A stretch of 63,756 nt of DNA, filler included, from an uncultured bacterium (GTDB taxonomy: Bacteria > CAYJOG01): assembly GCA_964371695.1 (NCBI GenBank). It is 8 parts of 8 records of this genome, joined end to end, with 100 filler letters (N's around TTAATTAATTAA, not from the genome) between each part and the next. Parts side by side here need not be neighbours in the genome. Positions count along the whole stretch, not along the records: positions 32,259 to 40,127 come from CAYJOG010000113.1; positions 40,228 to 48,094 come from CAYJOG010000114.1; 6 more parts are not named here. One strand, given 5' to 3'. Positions 36,033 through 45,862 of this stretch are shown here, one piece after another. Position numbers and translations under genes: made by a program. Numbering within the stretch: the stretch's first letter is position 1; every line of letters starts with the position of its first letter. A model generated the notes under the pieces. It was not told the origin of the DNA and made no database searches. It saw only the letters and a program-made list of their open reading frames with translations.

Positions 36033-37976
36033 ATGTACCAGAAAATCTACGTTCCACTGGACAACTCCGATCACTCCAACGCCTGCATAGACGTGGCGCT
36101 GGCCATGGCAGGCAAGTTTGGCGCCGAAGTGGTGGGCAGCCACGTTTATTCCGCCAAAATGCACGATTACCGCTTCAAGCAGATGGAATACACCCTGCCC
36201 GATGAGTATCTGGTGGAAACCGAACTGGAGCGCCAGCGGCGCATCCACGACAGCCTCATCACCATGGGGCTGGAACTGATCAGCGACAGTTATCTGGACG
36301 TGCTGGAAGCCCGCGCCAAAGAGCAGGGTGTGCCCATGCAGCGCAAGATGATGGACGGCAAGCACTACCGCGAAATCATCCGCGACGTGCAGGCCTCGGA
36401 CTATGACCTGATGGTGCTGGGCTCGCTGGGCTGCGGTGCGGTGCGCGACAGCCTGATTGGCAGCGTGGCCGAGCGGGTGATGCGCAAGGTGGACGTGGAC
36501 ACCTTGCTGGTGAAGAACGTGGCCCCCAACGAAGACAACGACAGCATCGTGGTGGGCGTGGACGGCAGCCCCCAGAGTTTTGCGGCGCTCAAAACCGCCG
36601 TGATGTTCGCCAAGTGGTTTGGCAAACGCGTGAAGGCCATCGGCGTGTACGACCCCTATCTGCACTACACCGTGTTCAACGGCATTGTGGACGTGCTGAG
36701 CGAGCGCGCCAGCAAGGTGTTCCGTTTCAAGGAGCAGGAACAACTGCACGAGGAAATCATTGACACCGGCTTGGCGAAAATTTATCAGAGCCACCTGGAA
36801 GTGGCCCGCGCCGTGGCTGAGGAAGACGGCGTGGAAATCGAAACCGTGCTGTTGCCCGGCAAGTGTTTTGAGAAAGTGCTCCAGTTCTGCCGCAAAGAGA
36901 AACCCTGGTTGCTGGTGCTGGGCCGCGTGGGTGTGCACACCACCGAAGAAGAAGGCCACATGGACCTCGGCTCGAACACCGAAAACCTGCTGCGGGGCGT
37001 GCCCTGCAACGTGTTCATCACCGCGCAGAAGTATTTCCCCAAAATCGACCTGAAGGCCGAAGAGAGCATTGCCTGGAGCAAAGAGGCCCTGGACCGCATG
37101 GAAAACGTGCCGCCCCTGGTGCGTGGCGTGGCCAAAACAGGCGTGCTGCGTTATGCCATGGAGCGCGGCCACAGCGTGATCACCAGCAAGATCATTGACG
37201 AAGCCATGGAGGCCTTCATGCCCGAAGGCATGCTGCGCGCCATGGGCGAAGTGGCCCGCGACGTGATGATCGGCCAGATTGTGGAGCAGCAGACCCTGGC
37301 CCATGTGTGTTCCAACTGCGGTTACACAGCCAGGAGTGAAAAACCCCACCTTTGCCCCGTGTGCCGTGCGGCGGGCGACACCTTCAAGGTGCTGGACAAA
37401 CAGGTGCTCGAAAGCCTCTACGGCCAGCAGCACGTGGAAGAAACCACCTTTGACGGTGTGCGCCTGAAATGGAGCGAAGAGGCGCGGATGCTGCTGAAGG
37501 AAATCAAGGACGGTTACCAGAAACGCCGGGCCAAGGCCCGCATCGAAAAACAGGCCCGCGTGCTCAAGCTGGCCGCCATCAGCGCGGATTTCGCCAAATC
37601 GGTTTTGGCCGAGGAACTGGGCGAAGAAGCCGCGAACGTCATCAGCGAGCGTTCCAGCGAGGCCCCCAAAGCGCAGGAAGAAGGTTTTGGTTATGTGTGG
37701 GAAGAAGCCGCACTGGGCCGCCTGAGTCGCGTGCCCGCCGGTTTCATGCGCAACATGACCCGCCGCCGGGTAGAGGAATATGCCCGCGAAGCCGGGGCGG
37801 ACATCATCACGCTTGCGGTGGCCGAGGAGGGCATCAACAAGGCCCGCGAACTGATGGGCGTGGTGATCGGCGAATACCGGGCCAAACGCACCGCCAACCC
37901 AGCCGCCAGCGCCGAGCAGGTGCTCAATGAAATCGGCAGCGGCCGGGGCGTGAACCTGGGTGAAAAGCCGGAGTAA
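36033..37976 (+). CDS. Tandem universal stress protein fused to three PCP_red-like domains and a rubredoxin-like metal site
   Basis: Two USP domains (IYVPLDNS..GSVAERV; IVVGVDGS..LGSNTENL), CSNCG..CPVC, and three W(S/E)xEA..L..(V/I)-type units. Confidence 0.85.
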   Translation: MYQKIYVPLDNSDHSNACIDVALAMAGKFGAEVVGSHVYSAKMHDYRFKQMEYTLPDEYLVETELERQRRIHDSLITMGLELISDSYLDVLEARAKEQGVPMQRKMMDGKHYREIIRDVQASDYDLMVLGSLGCGAVRDSLIGSVAERVMRKVDVDTLLVKNVAPNEDNDSIVVGVDGSPQSFAALKTAVMFAKWFGKRVKAIGVYDPYLHYTVFNGIVDVLSERASKVFRFKEQEQLHEEIIDTGLAKIYQSHLEVARAVAEEDGVEIETVLLPGKCFEKVLQFCRKEKPWLLVLGRVGVHTTEEEGHMDLGSNTENLLRGVPCNVFITAQKYFPKIDLKAEESIAWSKEALDRMENVPPLVRGVAKTGVLRYAMERGHSVITSKIIDEAMEAFMPEGMLRAMGEVARDVMIGQIVEQQTLAHVCSNCGYTARSEKPHLCPVCRAAGDTFKVLDKQVLESLYGQQHVEETTFDGVRLKWSEEARMLLKEIKDGYQKRRAKARIEKQARVLKLAAISADFAKSVLAEELGEEAANVISERSSEAPKAQEEGFGYVWEEAALGRLSRVPAGFMRNMTRRRVEEYAREAGADIITLAVAEEGINKARELMGVVIGEYRAKRTANPAASAEQVLNEIGSGRGVNLGEKPE

Positions 37977-38039
37977 CGCCCGCCTTCGCCGTCATTCCCG
38001 CGAAAGCGGGAACCCCGTTGAGACATAAACAAGAACACC

Positions 38040-38765
38040 TTATTTCTTGATGCCGAAAGCCTTCTCCAGTGAGGTGATCACGAGTTGGTTCACCCGCAGG
38101 CGGGCGTACCACTTGCGGTTGGCGGAGATCACGTTCCACGGGGCGTGTTCGGTGTCGGTTTTGGCCAGCATGTCGTTGAATGCCTTGTAATAGTCTTTGT
38201 ATTGCTCGTGGGCGCGCCAGTCGCTGTCGGTGAGTTTCCAGCTTTTCATCGGGTTGCTTTTGCGTTCATCAAACCGCTTGCGCTGCTCTTTTTTGGAGAT
38301 GTGAAAGAACACCTTGATAACTGGGGTGTTGTCGTCGGTGAGCAGTTTCTCGAACCAGTTGAGTTCGTCATAGGCCCGCTGCCAGTCTTTTTTTCCGCAC
38401 AGGTTTTCGATGCGCTCCACCAGCACCCGGCCATACCAGGTGCGGTCGAACAGGGCGATTTGCCCGGCCATGGGCAGGCGCTCGAAAAACCGCCACAGAT
38501 AATGCCGGGCCAGTTCGTCGGGCGTGGGTGGGCCGATGGGATGCACCGTGTAACCCCGTGGGTCCAGCGGCTCGGTGAGGCGGCGGATGGCCCCGCCTTT
38601 GCCGCCGGCGTCCCAGCCCTCAAAGGCCAGCACGGCCTTGCGCCTGTTCTGGTGCATGAACTGCTGGAGATTGAGCATGCGCAGGTTGTAGTCCTTCAGG
38701 TCTTTTTCATACCTGCCCTTGTCCTCGACCTCCGGCCATTCTTCAAAATCTTCCAGACGTTTCAT
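38040..38765 (-). CDS. ppk2: Polyphosphate kinase 2 family
   Basis: FEGWDAGGKGG, LDPRG, YLWRF, FDRTWYGRVLVERIE, WKLT..DW. Confidence 0.92.
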   Translation of the reverse strand: MKRLEDFEEWPEVEDKGRYEKDLKDYNLRMLNLQQFMHQNRRKAVLAFEGWDAGGKGGAIRRLTEPLDPRGYTVHPIGPPTPDELARHYLWRFFERLPMAGQIALFDRTWYGRVLVERIENLCGKKDWQRAYDELNWFEKLLTDDNTPVIKVFFHISKKEQRKRFDERKSNPMKSWKLTDSDWRAHEQYKDYYKAFNDMLAKTDTEHAPWNVISANRKWYARLRVNQLVITSLEKAFGIKK

Positions 38766-38864
38766 GGGCCTATCTTAACCGACCGGCCAGGGGCCAGGGG
38801 CGGGCCTTTGGCGGAATGAGCCGGGTTTGCCAGCGCCGGTTGGCGTTGTTAACATGCCCAAACC

Positions 38865-39137
38865 ATGAGCGTGCCAACCCAGCCCAACCTGCAAGACACA
38901 TTTCTGAACAAGGTGCGCGCACAGAAAATCCCTGTGAGCATCTTTCTGGTGAACGGCGTGCAGCTCAAGGGCAACGTGGCCGGGTTTGACCGTTTCACGG
39001 TGATTCTCGAAACAGCGGGCAAACATCAGCTCATTTTCAAACACGGCATCACGTCGGTGTTTCCGTCGCGCCCCATCAAGGGCCTGATGGAAGACGCCTT
39101 CAGCGCCTGTTCCCCCGCCGAGGCCGAGGGGCCATGA
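38865..39137 (+). CDS. hfq: RNA chaperone Hfq
   Basis: [34 protein letters not shown]. Promoter TTGCCA-17 nt-TAACAT directly upstream. Confidence 0.93.
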   Translation: MSVPTQPNLQDTFLNKVRAQKIPVSIFLVNGVQLKGNVAGFDRFTVILETAGKHQLIFKHGITSVFPSRPIKGLMEDAFSACSPAEAEGP

Positions 39138-39991
39138 GCGCCCGGCGCAACACGCCGCTGCCCATTCACAAATATCACGGTCTGGGCAACGATTTCATCG
39201 TGCTGGATGCCCGCCGCCGGGGCATTTTTCTCAGCGCCGCCGAGGCCGCCGCCCTGTGCGACCGCCACACCGGCGTGGGGGGCGATGGTGTCATCTGGGT
39301 GCTCAAGGGAACCCGCGCGCCGCTGCACATGCATATCCACAACGCCGATGGCAGCGAGCCGGGCATGTGCGGCAACGGTGTGCGGGTGTTCGCCCATTTT
39401 CTGGCCGATCAGGGTCTGCTCAAGCCGGGTGCGGCCATGCCGGTGCAAACCCCCAGCGGCATGGTCACGGTGACATTGCTGGAACACCACGATGCCGACG
39501 CCACAGTCAAGGTGGACATGGGCCGCCCGCGCCTGTCGCCTAGACAGATTCCCGTGCTCAGCGACAAACAGCCGGTGCTGGACCTGAAAGTGAAGGTGGG
39601 CGGCAAGGATTATCTGTTCAATTGCGTGAGCATGGGCAACCCCCACGCCATTCATTTCACAACCAAAATCACCGATGCACTGGTGCTGGGCGTGGGGCCG
39701 CTGGTGGAGCGCCACAAGCTGTTCCCGCAAAAAACCAACGTGGAGTTTGCGGTGGTGCGGGACAGGGGTCACATCACCATGCGGGTATTTGAGCGGGGCG
39801 TGGGTGAGACCCAGGCTTGCGGCACGGGAGCCTGCGCCACGGCGGTGGCGGCCATGCTGAGGGGCGTGGTGGACCAGTCGGTGACCGTGAGCCTGTTGGG
39901 CGGGGATTTGTGCATCGAGTGGCCCGGCAAGACAAAGCCGGTGTTCATGACAGGCCCCTCGAAGCGTGTTTTTACGGGCCAGTTGGGATAG
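39134..39991 (+). CDS. dapF: Diaminopimelate epimerase
   Basis: [41 protein letters not shown]. Confidence 0.95.
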   Translation: MSARRNTPLPIHKYHGLGNDFIVLDARRRGIFLSAAEAAALCDRHTGVGGDGVIWVLKGTRAPLHMHIHNADGSEPGMCGNGVRVFAHFLADQGLLKPGAAMPVQTPSGMVTVTLLEHHDADATVKVDMGRPRLSPRQIPVLSDKQPVLDLKVKVGGKDYLFNCVSMGNPHAIHFTTKITDALVLGVGPLVERHKLFPQKTNVEFAVVRDRGHITMRVFERGVGETQACGTGACATAVAAMLRGVVDQSVTVSLLGGDLCIEWPGKTKPVFMTGPSKRVFTGQLG

Positions 39992-40227
39992 GCGCAGATT
40001 TCAGGCCGGAGGGCTGAAGCGGGAATCCAGTCAAACATAGGCAAACCCCTCTTTTCCCTTTTTCAGTGGGGCGGGGGGGGGGCGCCCCCCCGGAATTAAA
40101 AAAATGTGTTTGTGTGTTTTTTTTATTNNNNNNNNNNNNNNNNNNNNNNNNNNNNNNNNNNNNNNNNNNNNTTAATTAATTAANNNNNNNNNNNNNNNNN
40201 NNNNNNNNNNNNNNNNNNNNNNNNNNN

Positions 40228-41334
40228 GGGCGCGTGGCCCGGCGCTGGCGGCGGTGGGCCATGCCCGCCCAAACAGTGAGCGCCGAGGCGGGGGCCGCCC
40301 TGCCCCGCGTGTCGCTGGCGTTTCTCAATCAGGTCACCAACACGTTGCCCGACGGCGTGGTGGCCGTGACGCCAGAGGGGCTTATCAATTACCTCAACCG
40401 CCACGCCGCCAGCCTGGGGGGAGACCCCCAGCGTCATTGGGTGGGCGAGCCGCTGCTGCACCTGCTGCGCGCCCCCGTGCTGCATCAGGCGGTGAAGGAC
40501 TGTTTTGACACCCACGAAGCCCAGACCCTGGTGCTCGAAGAGTTCACCCCCGAACACGTGGTGTTGCGGGCCAGGCTCAATCAGGTGAACCCCACGGGGC
40601 GAGACCCGCTGGTGGTGATCATTCTGGAAAACGAAACCGAGCTGCGGCGGCTGCAAAAGGTGCGGCTGGATTTTGTACACAACGCCAGCCACGAGTTGCG
40701 CACGCCCATTGCCCACATCGTGGGAGCGGTGGATATTCTGGAGAGCAAAAAAGATCACCTGCCCGAAGGCGTGCGGGGTTTTGTGGACATCCTCAAGAAC
40801 GAAGCCCAGCGCCTGCGGCGGCTCACCGAAGACCTGCTGGTGCTGGCCAAAACCGAACAACCCGGCGGGGCCGCCACCGAGCGGTGCGACCTCAGCGCCG
40901 TGGTGCATGAGCTGTGCCACAAAGACTGGCCCGGCAACACCAACCAGCTCACCTGCGACACCGCCGCGCCGCTTTGGGTGCCGCTGAGCCACGAGCAGGC
41001 GGTGCAGGTGGCGGGCAACCTCATTGAAAACGCCATGAAATACACACAGGGCGGCGAGGTGCGCGTGTGTGTGGCGGCTGAGGACGAGGGGGTGCTGCTG
41101 AGCGTGGCCGACACGGGCATCGGCATTCCCCAGCCCGAACAGGCGCGGGTGTTTGAGCGGTTTTATCGGGTGGACGAACACCGCAGCCGCGAAAGCGGCG
41201 GCACGGGCCTGGGCCTGAGCATCGTGAAAAACATCGTGGAAAAAGCCGGTGGCCGCGTGTCGCTCAAAAGCGTGGTGGGCAAGGGCAGCACGTTTGGTGT
41301 GTGGTTGCCGGGAGAAAAAAAATCCAATAGCTAA
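40228..41334 (+). CDS. PhoR-like PAS sensor histidine kinase (5' truncated)
   Basis: PAS, DFVHNASHELRTP, NAMKYT, DTGIGI, FERFYRVD.RSRESGGTGLGL. Confidence 0.88.
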   Translation, partial: GRVARRWRRWAMPAQTVSAEAGAALPRVSLAFLNQVTNTLPDGVVAVTPEGLINYLNRHAASLGGDPQRHWVGEPLLHLLRAPVLHQAVKDCFDTHEAQTLVLEEFTPEHVVLRARLNQVNPTGRDPLVVIILENETELRRLQKVRLDFVHNASHELRTPIAHIVGAVDILESKKDHLPEGVRGFVDILKNEAQRLRRLTEDLLVLAKTEQPGGAATERCDLSAVVHELCHKDWPGNTNQLTCDTAAPLWVPLSHEQAVQVAGNLIENAMKYTQGGEVRVCVAAEDEGVLLSVADTGIGIPQPEQARVFERFYRVDEHRSRESGGTGLGLSIVKNIVEKAGGRVSLKSVVGKGSTFGVWLPGEKKSNS

Positions 41335-41404
41335 GTTTTGTTCGTTCCGGTGCATCGTGGCCGCTCTTTTTGGTCCATTTTGAAAAAGCGGTTACACTTG
41401 CTCC

Positions 41405-41656
41405 ATGCAAAGTTTGGCCAAAGAGATGGAGACCTATCAGGAAAAACTGCCCTCTTTACTGAGCAACGGCGAAGAAGGCAAGTTTGTTCTGATTCGGGAA
41501 ACCGAGGTCGCGGGTGTGTTTTCTTCTTTTGAAGATGGATTGCGGGTGGGGACTGAAAAATTTGGCACGGCCCCCTTCATGGTAAAAAAAATCGAGGCAA
41601 GAGAAACCGTCTACACCTTCACGGGTGGAATTGTCAGCCCATGCCCTACTTCGTAG
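41405..41656 (+). CDS. Small protein, DUF5678-like
   Basis: LPSLL..EEGKFVLI..EVAGVFSSFEDGLRVG.EKFG..PFMVKKI. Overlaps the downstream protease gene. Confidence 0.6.
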   Translation: MQSLAKEMETYQEKLPSLLSNGEEGKFVLIRETEVAGVFSSFEDGLRVGTEKFGTAPFMVKKIEARETVYTFTGGIVSPCPTS

Positions 41657-42084
41657 GTGACATTGATCCGGCCCAGGGACCGCTTATCCGGGTACACGTC
41701 AGTGTGGATGGACCACTTGCCGCGCATTTTCAGCAGCATGGGCAGCCGTTGCCCCGTGTTCTGGTATATGACGCCTTGATCGATACGGGAGCAAGCGGCG
41801 TTTGCATCAGTGACAGGGTCATCCGGGAGGTGAAACCACGGGTGATTGATCAGGGAAAAATGCTTACTCCCAGCAGTGGTCCAACTGGCCACACGGTGGA
41901 TATTCACGCGATAAGTCTTGCCATCCCGTGCCGGAGTGAGCAGCCCAAACCATTCGCTTTTGTGCGCGCCATGGCTTCCACCATTGGCGTGCAGGGAATT
42001 GATCTGTTGATCGGACGAGACATTCTTGGGCAATGCCTGTTGGTCTACGACGGACTGTCGGGCAAATTCACGGTGGCTTATTGA
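41641..42084 (+). CDS. Retropepsin-like (clan AA) aspartyl protease
   Basis: ALIDTGAS catalytic motif and LLIGRDIL. Confidence 0.85.
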   Translation: MPYFVGDIDPAQGPLIRVHVSVDGPLAAHFQQHGQPLPRVLVYDALIDTGASGVCISDRVIREVKPRVIDQGKMLTPSSGPTGHTVDIHAISLAIPCRSEQPKPFAFVRAMASTIGVQGIDLLIGRDILGQCLLVYDGLSGKFTVAY

Positions 42085-42117
42085 GAATTTTCCGGGACAG
42101 GGTGCAGCAGCACCCAA

Positions 42118-42807
42118 CTACCGGAAATCCTGCTCGCTCAGGTCTTCGCGCACCGCTTCTTCGGCGGGGGCAGGGGGGTGCAGCTTGTGGCGGATGACCT
42201 CTACGATCATGGGCACGATGGACAAAAACACGATGCCCAGCACGGCCTTTTCCAGGTTGTGTTTCACCCACGGGTTGTTGCCCAGAAAGTAACCGATGGT
42301 GGGAATGCCCGTTGTCCACACCAGCCCCCCCACCAGATTGAACTTCAGAAACCGGACATAACGCATGTTGCCCACACCCGCCAGAAAAGGCGCAAAGGTG
42401 CGCACAATGGGCACAAACCGGGCGAGGATGATGGTTTTTCCGCCGTAGCGTTCGAAATACCGCTCGGTGCGGGCGATGTGCTCTGGGTGAAACAACAACG
42501 ACCGGGGCCGTTTGAACACCTTGGGGCCCGTCACGCGGCCCAGGTGAAACCCGGCGGCGTCACCCGTCACCGCCGCAATGAACAACAGCGGAATCAGCAA
42601 CCCCAGGTTCAGCACCCCCACATGGGGCGACGCGGCAAAACCCGCCACGAACAGCAGTGAGTCTCCCGGAAAAAAGAACCCCGCCAGCAGGCCCGTTTCA
42701 GCAAAGATGATGCCGAACAACACGGCATAGGCCAGCACGTCCCACTGCTTGAGCATGTGCAGCAGTTCTTCGGCGCTGTGCAGGTTTTTGAGCCAGGACA
42801 AATCCAT
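42118..42807 (-). CDS. DedA/VTT-domain membrane protein
   Basis: FAETGL..FFPGDSLLF.AG, FERYGG.TIILARFVPIVRTFAPFLAG. Confidence 0.92.
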   Translation of the reverse strand: MDLSWLKNLHSAEELLHMLKQWDVLAYAVLFGIIFAETGLLAGFFFPGDSLLFVAGFAASPHVGVLNLGLLIPLLFIAAVTGDAAGFHLGRVTGPKVFKRPRSLLFHPEHIARTERYFERYGGKTIILARFVPIVRTFAPFLAGVGNMRYVRFLKFNLVGGLVWTTGIPTIGYFLGNNPWVKHNLEKAVLGIVFLSIVPMIVEVIRHKLHPPAPAEEAVREDLSEQDFR

Positions 42808-42935
42808 GGCCGGGCATGTTATACCAATGAACATTCAAAACAGCGGAATGTTCATTGGATTAATTGGCCTTGCCGTTCGTCGTGAACGGCTGCGGCCCTG
42901 GCGCAAAGGCCGGAAAACCGTGGCCCTTCTGTCTT

Positions 42936-43101
42936 AGAACCCCTGACAAAACTCCCTCCCTGGAGTTTTGTCAGCGCCGAACCGGGAAATGAATTCCCGG
43001 TTCGAGCGCGAAAACCTGCGGGTCTGTGACCCTCCGGTTTTCGAGGCGGGCCATCCAGGCCCGCAAGAACCCCTGACAAAATTGATTTTGTCAGGGGTTC
43101 T
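42936..43101. mobile_element. MITE-like five-hairpin element, family E
   Basis: Terminal inverted repeats AGAACCCCTGACAAAA / TTTTGTCAGGGGTTCT. Interior architecture shared with 49154-49330 and 57281-57462. Confidence 0.7.
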
Positions 43102-43125
43102 TTTCCCAACCTCCAGCTTCATCCT

Positions 43126-44394
43126 TTACTCGGTCAGCCACACCGCTGCGCCGGGGCCGGGCGTGCCCTCCAGCGTGCGGATGGCGGCGTAGAGGGGTTT
43201 GGTCCACAGCACCTCGGCGGTCTGAAAACCCGTGCCGGGTTTTTGCAGCAGCACGGTGTGGCCAGGGGCAAGCCCCACCCTGGCCCCCAGGTTGATCACC
43301 GCCTCGCGTCCCGACACGCTCACCACGCGCCCCTGCACCTTCACCCGCTGGCGCAACAGTTCCACCAGACTTTGCAGGTTGCGGCTGAGCGCGCGGCTCA
43401 GGCCCTGCTCGCGCTCATCTGCATAGGTGAACAGGTCCCGGCCCCCATAGGGCAGCACCTCGCCCTCCTGGCCGTGGTCGATGTGGCTGAAGTCGCCCTC
43501 AAACACCTTTGCGCCGTTCTGGCTCAACGTCACGGTGAGCCGCGCCATGGCCTCCAGGCGCGGGAGTGTGTTTTCTTCATAGGGCGTCCCCTCCATTTCA
43601 AACACCTCGCTGATCACCACCGTCACCTCCCAGGGGGCTTTTTCGGCCAGCCGGTAGCGGCCCTCTTTTTTGAGCAGGCGCTGGAGTTCCTGACGCACCT
43701 GTTCACCCATGCTGCCGGTGGGCCAGGCGGCGGGGTTGGGGATGGGGCTGAGGTGCAGCACCGGGCGGCCGTCTTCGGTTTTGGGGGGCGGTGTGAGTCC
43801 CCCGGTGCGGGGCGCGGACGTGGCCCGTTGCTGCAAGGAGTGCTCGAACACGGCAAAGGCCGTGGCCATGAAGGGTTCCTCTGAAGGTTTGAAGGTGAGC
43901 ACAAACAGGTGCATCCAGCCGTTGTGTACCAGGGCCAGGGCCCGCAGGCCCAGGGGGCCGTCGGGGGGCGGCACGCTGCCCGCCAGCCTCACGCCAGGGC
44001 CCCCCAGGACCCAGGTGTTGTGCTGGGCCACGTCTTTGAGAATCTGGTTGCGGGTCAGGTCTCCCACCAGGGCGTCCAGCACGCCCTGTGTGCTCACGCC
44101 CTTGGGCATGGGGCTGCGAAAGTGGGCGAAACCTTCACTTTCTGTCGCGCCGGGGGGTTGCCACAACAAAGAGGCGCGGTCGGGTGAGCGGGCGGCCTTG
44201 AAGTGGCCGGGCAGTTCATAAGAAAGGCCGGTGCGGGTGTCGGTGTGGCGTTTGTATTGCGCCGTGGCGCTGGCGGGAGGGGCGACTATGCTCCACAGTG
44301 CTGCCCACAGAGCTGATAACATAACCCACTGTGGACGACGCCCCGAAAACATCCGGTTCGGCGAGCCGTGCCATAAAAGGGTCAAAAGGTTCAT
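43126..44394 (-). CDS. Secreted hypothetical protein with PsbP-like N-terminal and FlgT-C-like C-terminal regions (start uncertain)
   Basis: Signal-like segment and TGLSYELP. C-terminal GRVVSVSGREAVINLGARVGLAPG matches the FlgT-C-type pattern. Confidence 0.5.
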   Translation of the reverse strand: MNLLTLLWHGSPNRMFSGRRPQWVMLSALWAALWSIVAPPASATAQYKRHTDTRTGLSYELPGHFKAARSPDRASLLWQPPGATESEGFAHFRSPMPKGVSTQGVLDALVGDLTRNQILKDVAQHNTWVLGGPGVRLAGSVPPPDGPLGLRALALVHNGWMHLFVLTFKPSEEPFMATAFAVFEHSLQQRATSAPRTGGLTPPPKTEDGRPVLHLSPIPNPAAWPTGSMGEQVRQELQRLLKKEGRYRLAEKAPWEVTVVISEVFEMEGTPYEENTLPRLEAMARLTVTLSQNGAKVFEGDFSHIDHGQEGEVLPYGGRDLFTYADEREQGLSRALSRNLQSLVELLRQRVKVQGRVVSVSGREAVINLGARVGLAPGHTVLLQKPGTGFQTAEVLWTKPLYAAIRTLEGTPGPGAAVWLTE

Positions 44395-44450
44395 CAGAAA
44401 AATTCTATAATCGGCAGCTCAGTCTTTGGCCAGCCGAAGGAGCAAAAAAC

Positions 44451-45797
44451 ATGTTGACGGAAACAGCCAGCAAACGGGTAGGGGTCAAGGTAATCGGCAT
44501 TGGTGGGGGCGGTTGCAACGCCATCAACGGCATGGTGCAGCATTGTGCCCGCGAAGGTGTGGAATATATCGCGGTGAACACCGATCAGCAGGTGCTTTCC
44601 CGCAGTCAGGCCCGCTCGGCCATCAGCATCGGGCGCGAGGTGACCAAGGGCCTGGGCACCGGCGGCGACCCCGAAAAGGGCCGTCTTTCGGCCATTGAAG
44701 AAGAAGACCGCATTGCCCAGGCGCTGAAAAGCGGCCCCGGCGGCGAAGAACACGGCCTGGATCTCGTATTCATCGCCAGCGCCATGGGGGGCGGCACCGG
44801 CAGCGGGGCCAGCCCCGTGGTGGCGCGCATCGCCCGCGAGCTGGGGGCGCTGACCATCGGCGTGGTCACCCGGCCCTTTGGCTTTGAAGGCCCCAAGCGG
44901 CGGCGCATCGCCGAGCAGGGCATCCGCGAAATGATGGAAAACGTGGACGCCATGATCGTGACCGACAACAATCGCCTGCTGGACGAAGCCAGCGACCGCA
45001 CCAGCGTCACCGAGGCGTTCCGCCTGGCCGACGAAGTGCTGCGCCAGGGCGTGCATGGCGTGCTCGACATCATCACCATTCCGGGTGAAATCAACATGGA
45101 CTTCGCCGACGTGCGGGCCATCATGAAAACCAGCGGTTTCGCCACCTTTGGCATTGGCCAGGGCACCGGCAGCAACCGCGCCACCACGGCCGCCAAAATG
45201 GCCATCGCCAACAGTTTGCAGGAGGTGCCCCCCTATGGGGCGCGGGGCCTGCTGGTGAACATCATGGCCAGCCAGGAAGAACTGGGTCTGAGCGAAGTGA
45301 GCGAGGTGCTGGAATACATGCGCCAACATGCCCAGACCGACGCCGCCATCAAACACGGCGTGGTTTATAACCAGAGCCTGCGGGAACACATCCGCGTGTA
45401 CGTGGTGGCCACGGGGCTTTCGGCAGAGAGCCAGGGCCTGACCGCCGCCGTGCCGGGCCGCGCCACCGCTGCGCCCGTGGCAAACACCTATGAGGCCGCT
45501 CCCGAACGGGCGCGGATGGCCATTCCCAACCCGGTGGCCGACTCGCCGGTGATGGAAGCCCCGGCCCCCGCACCTGTGGTGGAAACCCCCGTGGAGCGCG
45601 AGCCGGTGAAAAACCGCGAAACCGCCAGCGACCCCTTCCGCACAGCCCCCAAGCCCAGCCGGGACGACCTGGATCTGCCCGCGTTCCTGCGCCGCGGATC
45701 CCGCAGCCGCCACACCCGCCCCCTGAACGAACAGGAGGCCGGTCAGGCGCAGGACGACGACGACCTCGGCGGCGTGGGAGAGTCTTTGTCGTATTGA
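44451..45797 (+). CDS. ftsZ: Cell division GTPase FtsZ
   Basis: GIGGGGCNA, AVNTD, GGGTGSG, PFGFEG, INMDFADV, C-terminal core DLPAFLRR. AAGGAG SD. Confidence 0.93.
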   Translation: MLTETASKRVGVKVIGIGGGGCNAINGMVQHCAREGVEYIAVNTDQQVLSRSQARSAISIGREVTKGLGTGGDPEKGRLSAIEEEDRIAQALKSGPGGEEHGLDLVFIASAMGGGTGSGASPVVARIARELGALTIGVVTRPFGFEGPKRRRIAEQGIREMMENVDAMIVTDNNRLLDEASDRTSVTEAFRLADEVLRQGVHGVLDIITIPGEINMDFADVRAIMKTSGFATFGIGQGTGSNRATTAAKMAIANSLQEVPPYGARGLLVNIMASQEELGLSEVSEVLEYMRQHAQTDAAIKHGVVYNQSLREHIRVYVVATGLSAESQGLTAAVPGRATAAPVANTYEAAPERARMAIPNPVADSPVMEAPAPAPVVETPVEREPVKNRETASDPFRTAPKPSRDDLDLPAFLRRGSRSRHTRPLNEQEAGQAQDDDDLGGVGESLSY

Positions 45798-45862
45798 GGC
45801 GACGGCAGAAACAGCGTCAGGCCCGGCATTAAACGTCCTGGCACGCTGCTAGGATGCCCCCC

